DNA from: a virus | Lineage: Duplodnaviria > Caudoviricetes | Direction: 5' to 3' (one strand) | DNA: 61,447 nucleotides | Virus record (IMG/VR): IMGVR_UViG_3300027902_000010 | Span: 1-61,447 of that record | In this document: in pieces, positions 19,587-27,847 of the stretch | Layout: each line of letters starts with the position of its first letter | Position numbering within the stretch: the first letter of the stretch is position 1 | The notes under the pieces: model-generated | Database searches by the model: none | What the model saw: only the letters and a program-made list of their open reading frames with translations | What the model was told of the DNA's origin: nothing | Program-made: the position numbers and the translations under genes

Positions 19587-20150
19587 CTACTGGATTTGAA
19601 AAGTAATTGAACCAGCAACACCTGTATTTACAGTTGAGGCTGACCATGTTGCACTTATTACACCGCTTTTATATAAATATATATATTGATTAGTTCCAAA
19701 TACAGCCATCATCCCAAGTGACATAGTCGTAGTGTTGTCACCAGCCAAAAGTGGCATCATATTGTTTCCAGGTGAGGCTGCAACTTTACCAGCTGGTATT
19801 TTAATCATTAGTTGGGTATCTAATGACCCGCCAACAGTAGTACTCATTATACGAAAATTAACTGTCATCGTTTTACCACTAATGGTATATGAAAAATCCT
19901 GGATACTTCCACCATATACTGTCCATGTCATCGAGCCGCTTCCTGTGAAATCAGCTGCATTGAAAGGTACCGCTGTCCATGTGGGCGATGTTACAAAATT
20001 CGGCACACCGCTTACCGAAGTATATGGAAGACTTCCAGATGTCCCCGTAGCTAAGTCTACCTTACCGCCCGATACCGGACTTAAGCCTGAGCCATAGGCT
20101 GATGTAACTAGGGCAAGAATGAATATAAGTATCCACAAGATCTTTTTCAT
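19587..20150 (-). CDS. Signal-peptide beta-domain protein (receptor-binding-like), paralog A
   Basis: Signal peptide then SAYGSGLSPVSGG; fibre-head-like C-terminal domain. Confidence 0.6.
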   Translation of the reverse strand: MKKILWILIFILALVTSAYGSGLSPVSGGKVDLATGTSGSLPYTSVSGVPNFVTSPTWTAVPFNAADFTGSGSMTWTVYGGSIQDFSYTISGKTMTVNFRIMSTTVGGSLDTQLMIKIPAGKVAASPGNNMMPLLAGDNTTTMSLGMMAVFGTNQYIYLYKSGVISATWSASTVNTGVAGSITFQIQ

Positions 20151-20158
20151 TATATCAC

Positions 20159-20698
20159 CTATTGAATTGAAAATGTAAACGAACCAGACACACGAGTGTT
20201 TGAAGATGAAGCAGCCCAGTTATTAAAAACCCCTCCATCTTTATAACATTCTATATAATTTACAATTTGAAGTATAGCCGTTCCAAGTGCCATGGTTGAA
20301 CCATTATTATCACTAACTAAAATTGGAAGTCTATAATAAGTACTAGGTCTTTTACCAGCCGGTATTTTAATCCTCAATGCAGTATCTGGTGTTCCACCAA
20401 CAGACGTATTAGCTATTGAGAAGTTAATAGTCATCATATTACCAATAATTACATATTGAAATGTCTGAACATTCCCAGAGCTTACAGTCCACGTCATTGA
20501 GCCACTTCCAAAAAAATCACTAGCATTAAATGGAACACTAGTAAATTGTGGTCCACCACTTATTGATGAATATGGTAAAGACCCGGTTGTTCCGGTAGAT
20601 AAATCTATTTGACCACCGGATACTGGACTTAGTCCAGATCCGTATGCTGACGTCACTATAACCAAATAGAGTAATATTCCTAGAACAATCTTCTTCAT
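20159..20698 (-). CDS. Signal-peptide beta-domain protein, paralog B
   Basis: Aligns end-to-end with 19587-20150. Confidence 0.6.
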   Translation of the reverse strand: MKKIVLGILLYLVIVTSAYGSGLSPVSGGQIDLSTGTTGSLPYSSISGGPQFTSVPFNASDFFGSGSMTWTVSSGNVQTFQYVIIGNMMTINFSIANTSVGGTPDTALRIKIPAGKRPSTYYRLPILVSDNNGSTMALGTAILQIVNYIECYKDGGVFNNWAASSSNTRVSGSFTFSIQ

Positions 20699-20699
20699 A

Positions 20700-21581
20700 T
20701 TATCCCCTATCTACTATTCGGAATGGCGTATTCTCAAGCTTCTCTTTTGTCACGATGTAGTAATGACCTGCATCTTCACCGTCTACAACTTGCAGCTGGT
20801 ACTTTCCATGAAGCCAGCCAACAAACATTAACCGAACGCCTTTCACTTCTATGATATCACCTATCTTTGGCAATATGGCAGCCGGGTTCCTCGAAATCTT
20901 TACTCGCTTTATTTTACCCTCTACCAAAGCTCGTAAAAGATGTTTCACATTAGCCTTGAATGAAGGTTTAGACCCAATCTTAAATGTTACGATATCCCCA
21001 TCTACAGCAATCACTGTGGCAATACCTGCCGGCCCTGAAAACCTATCACCTCTTTTAACAAATTTCATTGGATTTTCTCGTGGTGTATCATGCATCCACT
21101 TACCAGATTTCCCATAACGGAAAGTTCTTTTCTCGCCGCTGGCCGCTTCAAACTTAATCTCCGACATCTTCATATCATGATCACGAAGCCATTGCATTGC
21201 CTTCTGGGCAGAAAACTTCGACGAGTCAAAATGGATAGATTGAAGCACTACCGTCTGATCTCGATCTTTTTTCAGAATTCCCCATATCGCATGAACGCCC
21301 CTACCGAACTTATTATTCTGACGCCGGAACTTACCTTTTCTCATCTCTCGTGGCGATATAAGCCGAGCGCTATGCTCATGCGGATATGGATTCGCTCCTA
21401 CAAATGCAAGTCCTTGTTGACCGACGCCCATAAGGAAGCCATAGTTATGATATAGCTTATTCAAAATGTCAGTATCTGAGTAGCCTCTCTCTCGAAGCTT
21501 GTGAACATATTGAGAAGCCTTGAGAGCAACCGCATCTTTTGTTCTACGAGCATAATCTAAAAACTGAGATAGTTTACTCAT
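20700..21581 (-). CDS. Basic modular NP-motif protein
   Basis: Modules separated by GANP, RENP and SRNP. Confidence 0.6.
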   Translation of the reverse strand: MSKLSQFLDYARRTKDAVALKASQYVHKLRERGYSDTDILNKLYHNYGFLMGVGQQGLAFVGANPYPHEHSARLISPREMRKGKFRRQNNKFGRGVHAIWGILKKDRDQTVVLQSIHFDSSKFSAQKAMQWLRDHDMKMSEIKFEAASGEKRTFRYGKSGKWMHDTPRENPMKFVKRGDRFSGPAGIATVIAVDGDIVTFKIGSKPSFKANVKHLLRALVEGKIKRVKISRNPAAILPKIGDIIEVKGVRLMFVGWLHGKYQLQVVDGEDAGHYYIVTKEKLENTPFRIVDRG

Positions 21582-21593
21582 ATCGACCTCGAT

Positions 21594-22526
21594 TTACGCC
21601 CAGGATATCTTGAGACCCATAGCTTTTGCCGGCTTCAAGAATGCTCTCATCTTGCTCACCCCTTTGATTCGTCCCGTATACTTCTTCGCCGGATAGTCAA
21701 CAGTATAGGTACCTTTAGGACCTTCAGTGACATAGACATCAGCATCACCTACTAAGAATCCGCCACGAGTCAACTCGCCGGTCATCTTCTGTTTGTATCG
21801 CTTGATAGCCTGGTCACGCTCAGGCGCACTGATCAGCCCCTGTCGATAAGATAGATCAGCATTTATTTTTATTCCGTTTGGCGTTATGCCATCACGATCT
21901 TTTGGCAATCTCTTATGCTTTCTCCGAGTACGCCGAAATCTTTTATATGCCTGCTTTGTTTCTGGATCCATCGGATTCGAAAATGCTCCTCGAGTCGATT
22001 TACTGAAGTAATGGAAGAATTCTGGCTCGAGAAAGAACTCCTTCCCTGTATGTAGATTCTTTACAATGAAACCGGCACCACGCCTCTGTATGATTTCGAA
22101 CTTGTTCTGTATGCCCGAGCCGCCGGACATCAGCAATATATCACCGATCTTCCATCGTTCTGGGTTTTTTCTCAACTTCTTCTTTGGATTATCTCTTTCA
22201 AGATATCCGTTGATCTCATGCTCGGCATGCTCCTCAGCCTGCTCATACTTCGGAAATCCCCATGATGAGAATATATTCTTGTAGATACTTCGAATAAAAT
22301 ATCCCTTATTATGAGAGTACCAAATTTCATACGGTATTCCCATATACTCCTTATGAGCTTGGCGCTGCGGATTCGGCCGCATTGTAGAAGCTAACGCCCC
22401 CATTGGCATCTTTACGCCTTCAAGCAAATGATGATATTTCTTTATGAGACCTTTCTTCAAACCCTCAGGCGTCTTGTCGCTAAGTATAGCCGCTTTCACA
22501 GCAGCCAGGTTCATAGTCCGTGGCAT
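21594..22526 (-). CDS. Basic modular NP-motif protein
   Basis: RPNP, RDNP, RKNP and FSNP junctions; AAGGAGG SD favours ATG at 22526. Confidence 0.6.
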   Translation of the reverse strand: MPRTMNLAAVKAAILSDKTPEGLKKGLIKKYHHLLEGVKMPMGALASTMRPNPQRQAHKEYMGIPYEIWYSHNKGYFIRSIYKNIFSSWGFPKYEQAEEHAEHEINGYLERDNPKKKLRKNPERWKIGDILLMSGGSGIQNKFEIIQRRGAGFIVKNLHTGKEFFLEPEFFHYFSKSTRGAFSNPMDPETKQAYKRFRRTRRKHKRLPKDRDGITPNGIKINADLSYRQGLISAPERDQAIKRYKQKMTGELTRGGFLVGDADVYVTEGPKGTYTVDYPAKKYTGRIKGVSKMRAFLKPAKAMGLKISWA

Positions 22527-22542
22527 GACAGCCTCCTTATTC

Positions 22543-22833
22543 CTAATACTGATACCCATAAGGTATCGGTTCTATATCTCTCGCCGTCGGATCACCAATA
22601 TACGAGTACTCATTAATAGCCCGAGCAAGCGCTAACGTCTTCGCCTTATTGAAGCCGGTGATTCTGATGGCTACATGACCTTGATATGGAGTATGATCTG
22701 GCTTAACATCATAACCATGACCAAACTCATCAGCCAGATGCTTCTTGAACATCTTTCGCAAGGCAGCTGGGGACATACTCCACGAATCTTTCCAGTCCGA
22801 CCACGCATAGAAATATTGTCGCTGTGCCATCAC
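22543..22833 (-). CDS. Small hypothetical protein
   Basis: ORF with GGAGG SD. Confidence 0.6.
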   Translation of the reverse strand: MMAQRQYFYAWSDWKDSWSMSPAALRKMFKKHLADEFGHGYDVKPDHTPYQGHVAIRITGFNKAKTLALARAINEYSYIGDPTARDIEPIPYGYQY

Positions 22834-22839
22834 GCCCTC

Positions 22840-23055
22840 CTATCGAATTGATTCGTCAAATCTGTAAAAATTCAATGTAGCGTCACCATACTTTCCACGA
22901 AGATGATCTATGAGATCTTGCGTACTCCCAGTTCTCGTATATGATTCTTTGAACTGTGGATTTCCACTCTTCGCAATGGCAAAGATACTGACATATTCTG
23001 TTCCACCTGATTTAGCTCTGAGTATCAACAAATGACGATATTTACTTTTTGCCAT
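22840..23055 (-). CDS. Small basic hypothetical protein
   Basis: MAKSKYRH..., TAATG overlap with the upstream ORF. Confidence 0.6.
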   Translation of the reverse strand: MAKSKYRHLLILRAKSGGTEYVSIFAIAKSGNPQFKESYTRTGSTQDLIDHLRGKYGDATLNFYRFDESIR

Positions 23056-23231
23056 TATCGCCTCCCGCCGTAGAGAACAAACCAGGCATGCCAGTCCTGC
23101 ATACACTGCATCATTTCTTTCCTGACGAGAGCTATTCCCTTCTTGCTCAGCGGTATGTCCCTTGCCACATTCTCAGCATGAAACTTTGCTAAGTGCTTAG
23201 CTTGTTTTTGAGCAGCCGATGAACTTGCCAT
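23055..23231 (-). CDS. Small hypothetical protein (58 aa)
   Basis: MASSSAAQKQAKH...GGRR; fills the gap exactly. Confidence 0.55.
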   Translation of the reverse strand: MASSSAAQKQAKHLAKFHAENVARDIPLSKKGIALVRKEMMQCMQDWHAWFVLYGGRR

Positions 23232-23235
23232 ATTC

Positions 23236-23634
23236 TCACCTCTTCTTCGTCATGAAGTATATTCCTAAGCCAACCACCGCAACAATGGCGGCTCCAATTC
23301 CTACATTCTCCGCGGTCACGATAGAAGGAGCGGCATGACCAGCCAAGTTATTTACCGCATCAACTTGAGTCTTCACCTTGACAAGAAATAACCCAATCTT
23401 TCCGTAGTCAGCGATGCTAACGTCTTCACCGCTATTGAGTTGATCATTCACATCGCTGAGCTCTGCTTCCAATGCCGTCTGCTGATCGATCAACGACGCA
23501 ACTTGCGCTTTCACTGCCGGGTCTGACGAAGTAGCCAACTGATTCAAGGTATTACGACACATTAGCAACTGGCCAATAAGCGCTTGTGCCTTTGCCTTCA
23601 GATCACTCAGTACTGTTCCAAAACCTCGTAACAT
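23236..23634 (-). CDS. Coiled-coil protein with C-terminal TM
   Basis: MLRGFG start, helical body, TM plus KKR. Confidence 0.65.
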   Translation of the reverse strand: MLRGFGTVLSDLKAKAQALIGQLLMCRNTLNQLATSSDPAVKAQVASLIDQQTALEAELSDVNDQLNSGEDVSIADYGKIGLFLVKVKTQVDAVNNLAGHAAPSIVTAENVGIGAAIVAVVGLGIYFMTKKR

Positions 23635-23643
23635 TGTCGCCTC

Positions 23644-23862
23644 CTACGTCGTCTTGACGTGATAATATTTTTCACCGATCTGATCGTTCAGCAGTGTTTC
23701 AATGTGCTTGGCCTTCATCTTCAAGATCATGGGTATCATCATCTTTGATAAACCCTTGTGACTCCCACGCATCTGCATGATATCACCAACCAAATACTCT
23801 GGAGATTCAGCATAAGCTTGAGATAAAAGAATTGCGGCTGATCGCTTTCGTATTGATTTCAT
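23644..23862 (-). CDS. Small basic hypothetical protein
   Basis: 72-aa ORF with SD. Confidence 0.6.
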   Translation of the reverse strand: MKSIRKRSAAILLSQAYAESPEYLVGDIMQMRGSHKGLSKMMIPMILKMKAKHIETLLNDQIGEKYYHVKTT

Positions 23863-23871
23863 GATCTCCCC

Positions 23872-24480
23872 CTACTTGACCATCGACGCTTCAGCCAGAT
23901 GATTGATGAGACCTCTCTCTTCGTCGCTCAGCCGATATCCGGCAGCAAGCTTTGATTTGACTTGATGAAGCGCAGCCATCACCGCAGCGTCAGCATCGGT
24001 CATCACGGAAGCTCCAAGTAGCGTTTCACCAGTAGCCTCGTCATCGCCATATGACTGCACTACACGAGGACCTCCCATCGCCGGAACGACAGGCAACACT
24101 GGAGAAATTCTTGGAAATGCGCCATACGCCACAACTGGAACTGGCTCAGGCATAGGGTTCACACCCATACCGCGCATAGCATAGAGCGGCTGAGCAGTGT
24201 TCATGGCGGGCTTCGGCACACTTCCCTGCGGTCCGCCGTAAATAGGTCTGCCAATCTGACTACCAGAAGCTTTATACGATCCACCTCTTTTTCCTGGATG
24301 ACTTTTTCTCATAGGCTGACCACTTCTCCTTGGCTCAGCCCTTCTCGGCCACATCGGAGTTGGCTTTACCGGCGCAGGTGGTCTGGCTTGCTGCGCAGCT
24401 GAAGCAACCTTCTGTCCCATTGTCGTTAACGCTCTTGATGGATTTACTGGTCTCATAAATCCAAAATTTTCATCTTCCAT
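23872..24480 (-). CDS. Pro-rich putative virion protein
   Basis: MRGMG, AYGAFP and NP motifs; C-terminal helix shared with 3667-4872. Confidence 0.55.
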   Translation of the reverse strand: MEDENFGFMRPVNPSRALTTMGQKVASAAQQARPPAPVKPTPMWPRRAEPRRSGQPMRKSHPGKRGGSYKASGSQIGRPIYGGPQGSVPKPAMNTAQPLYAMRGMGVNPMPEPVPVVAYGAFPRISPVLPVVPAMGGPRVVQSYGDDEATGETLLGASVMTDADAAVMAALHQVKSKLAAGYRLSDEERGLINHLAEASMVK

Positions 24481-24489
24481 AATATCCTC

Positions 24490-24696
24490 CTATGACACAT
24501 GCGCTAGTAAGCGCTTTAGAATAGTAACGTGATCTCTCTCATCAGAAGCAATCCGTCGTATTGATTGACGAATGCTATCAAACTCGGTCGTCGCTGGCAA
24601 AGCTTTTATCAACTTGGCATAGGCGATGATGCCTTCTTCTTCTTCTCGGATAAACTTACCCAATTCCCGTTTGTATGTTCCTAAGCTAGTAATCAT
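24490..24696 (-). CDS. Ferritin/rubrerythrin-like helical hairpin
   Basis: EEEEG..AY and DERDH (ExxH) pattern. Confidence 0.5.
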   Translation of the reverse strand: MITSLGTYKRELGKFIREEEEGIIAYAKLIKALPATTEFDSIRQSIRRIASDERDHVTILKRLLAHVS

Positions 24697-25382
24697 TTCC
24701 GTCTCCTCTTATAGTGATAAGGATTTTTCCGGAACGGAACATGTCCGCTGCTCCCACTGGAATAGATATATAGTGCTAAGCCTCCGATACCTACTATTCC
24801 TAAGATAATTGGAAGTCCGAGACCGCTCGTAACACCTTTGAAGGCAGAGCCAACTACTTGACCTGCTCCTTGCGCTACTGAACCTACAACCTTTCCGGTA
24901 GCCTGCATCGTTCCCTCGGCTACGTTCTCAATCTCCGCAGCAGCTCCACCAGCCTGAGATGAAGTGGCACCTTCATCTATTGACACATACGCGGCTGCAC
25001 CATATCCCATCGTGCGCCACAGGTTATTGAATATTTCAACCCAATTCCCCAGCGTCATAGATACTGATGGAACAAAGGTAATAGCAAATCGTCCAGAAAA
25101 TAATGGACGCTCAACCTTTACAATGGTCGCGTCAGTTATGTACTGACGAAACTGAGTTGCAATATCATCTTGCGACGGCTGGAACCAAGCACCGCTAGAA
25201 TAGGTGATTGTATATTCATTCCCAGAAGCCAACATCGTTCCTTGCTCGATAACGCCAAATCCAGCAAAGCCAGAAAATCTATCAGCTCCTCGAACCTTAT
25301 ATCTGTTTTCCTTGATAGCAGTAGATGGCCGATGATAATTTTCATCTCTTACATGTGGCCACATGGGATTATGCTGTCTCAT
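24693..25382 (-). CDS. Putative virion membrane protein
   Basis: FAGFG motif, Gly/Ala repeats, C-terminal TM then RKNP and basic tail. Confidence 0.6.
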   Translation of the reverse strand: MRQHNPMWPHVRDENYHRPSTAIKENRYKVRGADRFSGFAGFGVIEQGTMLASGNEYTITYSSGAWFQPSQDDIATQFRQYITDATIVKVERPLFSGRFAITFVPSVSMTLGNWVEIFNNLWRTMGYGAAAYVSIDEGATSSQAGGAAAEIENVAEGTMQATGKVVGSVAQGAGQVVGSAFKGVTSGLGLPIILGIVGIGGLALYIYSSGSSGHVPFRKNPYHYKRRRK

Positions 25383-25397
25383 ATCATCTCCATATTC

Positions 25398-25757
25398 CTA
25401 ATGACGGGCAAGAAATTCTTCTGCGCTTTCCCCAGGGTAGTAAAGACCTTCTGTTGGTCCATATCTTGCTTTGCGATTCTTGTTGACGACGTAACGCTCA
25501 GCATCCTCATCCAGACGCTCCCACCATTGATAGAATGTTTCTTCTGGCAATTTCTCGGCATCTTTATCCCAAATGAGGGCAAAGTCCATATCTTTATATC
25601 CTGAGCCTGATCGCACCATCTTTACAATATTGGTCAAATTCTTTTGAAGCGTCTTCTTACTGCCATGCCAGTGAGCACCAAATCGCCATTTCTGAAAGAA
25701 GAACTCAATACCTTTTTTATCATCTGTCCGACGAATGACGATATAAATAGTCTTCAT
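25398..25757 (-). CDS. Hypothetical protein
   Basis: 119-aa ORF with GAGG SD. Confidence 0.6.
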   Translation of the reverse strand: MKTIYIVIRRTDDKKGIEFFFQKWRFGAHWHGSKKTLQKNLTNIVKMVRSGSGYKDMDFALIWDKDAEKLPEETFYQWWERLDEDAERYVVNKNRKARYGPTEGLYYPGESAEEFLARH

Positions 25758-25833
25758 GGCTACCTCGTATCAAGTCGATCTCTTTGCTCTTTCTCTTTTT
25801 GCTTCTTCTCTTGTTTATGCCGATTCTTCTCTT

Positions 25834-26262
25834 TTATGGTAGTGTGGTGAGGATGCCCGGGCTTTTGGGTTTCTTCCCGGTGTCGACGAAAAAATTTGTA
25901 CCGGTCTTGAGCAATGCAATCTCGTTGCTATTGGCTGATTGGGTGCCAAATCCGTTCTTATCGTAAGCGGTGCAATAGTAGAGAGCATCTGCCTTTGTTC
26001 CTAAAGTATTCGATATTGAAATTGTCGTTGTCACCACCGCCGCTGATGTCACAGTAGAAGTTGGCGATGAGATGAGATACGGACCGCCTATTGTCGTGCC
26101 ACATGTTACGGTGTAGGTCACGGGAAAATCAATGGCTGAGCCATCCGTGTTTGTCGTCGCCGTCTGCATTGAGAACAGCGATGCTGGATCAGCTTGCGCG
26201 GTAGCTACAAAGCCGATCACGAGCATAAGTACTATTCCTATTACTGCAATCATCTTTTTCAT
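25834..26262 (-). CDS. Secreted Thr-rich FN3/Ig-like protein
   Basis: Signal peptide (AQA), TNTDGS, YYCTAYD..G..S..SNE pattern. Confidence 0.6.
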   Translation of the reverse strand: MKKMIAVIGIVLMLVIGFVATAQADPASLFSMQTATTNTDGSAIDFPVTYTVTCGTTIGGPYLISSPTSTVTSAAVVTTTISISNTLGTKADALYYCTAYDKNGFGTQSANSNEIALLKTGTNFFVDTGKKPKSPGILTTLP

Positions 26263-26290
26263 TTCCTTCTCCTCCTTATGGGTTATGTTT

Positions 26291-26389
26291 CTACTCTCCT
26301 CGATACCAGAACTTGTCTACAATTTTGACGATGACATAAGCTACAGCAACTATTCCTAAGATCACAAGCGTGAATGTATCTTTATCCAT
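26291..26389 (-). CDS. 32-aa single-TM peptide
   Basis: MDKDTFTLVILGIVAVAYVIVK..., GGAGG SD. Confidence 0.55.
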   Translation of the reverse strand: MDKDTFTLVILGIVAVAYVIVKIVDKFWYRGE

Positions 26390-26397
26390 CTAACCTC

Positions 26398-26739
26398 CTA
26401 TGACTTGCAGTGTGCGCCATCTGGAGCCAACGGATCCAGAAGATTTGCTCAGAGCCAGATTGCCATCTTGCCACGCCAGGTATCAGGCAAGTGAAATTTA
26501 TATTTCTCAAGACGACCGGTTGTCAGCCAACGATCAGGCAGCTCGAGAAAGATGAGTGTGCATAATGTATAATTGAGCAAAGCATCAAGCACGACAAACA
26601 AGGCGAGCCATGGATAGCCAAATATCTTTGGCCATGTTCCTAAGGTCCCCGCCATCTTCGCTCGCAAGAGAGCCATCATGAGACCATAGCCACCCCAGAC
26701 ACACCAGATGAACAGTAAAGAATACAATAAATATTTCAT
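26398..26739 (-). CDS. Membrane protein with in-frame UGA (26449-26451); selenoprotein candidate or nonsense allele
   Basis: ...AIWL-UGA-ANLLDPLAPDGAHCKS-UAG; the UAG is fused to the next SD; a hairpin follows the UGA. Confidence 0.6.
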
Positions 26740-27110
26740 GTCGGCTCCTTCTGTACAGGTTTTGATCTCTGTCGCTTGATCGCAGGCATTACAAGGAATA
26801 CAAATATTCCTATTCCCACAGCCGCGTAAATGACATATTTCCACATTCCAGAAGTACTGCTCGATACTGGAATAGATGGCGCTGGCAGCATTGGCGTGGT
26901 GGCCTGCTTTTCCATAGCCGCTGCAAACTCATAATCTTCGAGAGGTATATCGAGCTGCTGACCAACCTGAATGAGATTAGGGTCTGCTATTCTATTCTGA
27001 TTCGCAATCGTTTGCACACTGACACCGTACTTAGCAGCTATTGCGCCCAGCGTATCACCAGGCTGGACCGTATATGATTCCCAATTCAACTCTCCGTATG
27101 ATGCGAACAT
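26736..27110 (-). CDS. LysM protein with C-terminal TM
   Basis: YTVQPGDTLGAIA...NLIQVGQQLDIP followed by TM. Confidence 0.92.
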   Translation of the reverse strand: MFASYGELNWESYTVQPGDTLGAIAAKYGVSVQTIANQNRIADPNLIQVGQQLDIPLEDYEFAAAMEKQATTPMLPAPSIPVSSSTSGMWKYVIYAAVGIGIFVFLVMPAIKRQRSKPVQKEPT

Positions 27111-27114
27111 GGTA

Positions 27115-27354
27115 TTACCTCATAACTGGTGGCCACGTTTCAAACTCTACTTCTTCAACATTCTTTCCAAGCCATTTGTTGTCAGCATGCAGACCTTGTG
27201 TCACATTATACAAAACAAAATCTCCAAGATTTGAACGAGCTGCGATGGTATATGAATTACCCATCCACAAAGACTTCGTCTTCACTTTCTTGATCTTACG
27301 ACCGGTGTATTTCTCTATAATCCACTTAGCCGCAGTGTTTCCAGTGAATGGCAT
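27115..27354 (-). CDS. Small hypothetical protein
   Basis: 79-aa ORF with GGAGG SD. Confidence 0.6.
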   Translation of the reverse strand: MPFTGNTAAKWIIEKYTGRKIKKVKTKSLWMGNSYTIAARSNLGDFVLYNVTQGLHADNKWLGKNVEEVEFETWPPVMR

Positions 27355-27362
27355 GATGCCTC

Positions 27363-27641
27363 CTACTTAGGTAATATCTTCAACAACAGCTTGGTGATTT
27401 CAATCAAGTCCTTCTTGTAGATCACATTCTGCAAATGGACATTGTAGTAGCGTTCACGCTGGTTAACATAGATCGATCCCTTATCACCAATTAGATGTCG
27501 CTTTTCAAAAGGGGTGTACCGCTTCTTACCGATATCAATACGAGAGTAATGTGGAACATCGACCAACTCAAAGTTCTTTGATTCGGCCAATATGTTCTCA
27601 TCGTATTCATATCCACGTCGTCTTCTCATTCTGGCCATCAT
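27363..27641 (-). CDS. Small basic hypothetical protein
   Basis: MMARMRRRRG..., ATGA overlap. Confidence 0.6.
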   Translation of the reverse strand: MMARMRRRRGYEYDENILAESKNFELVDVPHYSRIDIGKKRYTPFEKRHLIGDKGSIYVNQRERYYNVHLQNVIYKKDLIEITKLLLKILPK

Positions 27642-27847
27642 CGCCTCCTGCTAACACGACGTCTTCGTGGATTCAACTTGTAATATTTTTTGGCGCCGTC
27701 GATTTGCATAACATCTACAAAGCCAAACCCCTCTTCTTGGAGTAGTTCCTCAATCTTCTCTTCCAATTCTTGAATAGCATCTGTTCCTAAGTTCTCTGGC
27801 TTGTCTGTGTCTGGATTCATGAGCGTTACAAGAAATTGCGCTTTCAT
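27638..27847 (-). CDS. Small protein ending KLNPRRRRVSRRR
   Basis: 69-aa ORF, NP followed by Arg tail. Confidence 0.6.
   Translation of the reverse strand: MKAQFLVTLMNPDTDKPENLGTDAIQELEEKIEELLQEEGFGFVDVMQIDGAKKYYKLNPRRRRVSRRR

Noticed and set aside
13872-22526. 2A-like ribosomal skipping at NP motifs
   Set aside because: No D(V/I)ExNPGP consensus, and 2A skipping is not known to work on bacterial ribosomes.
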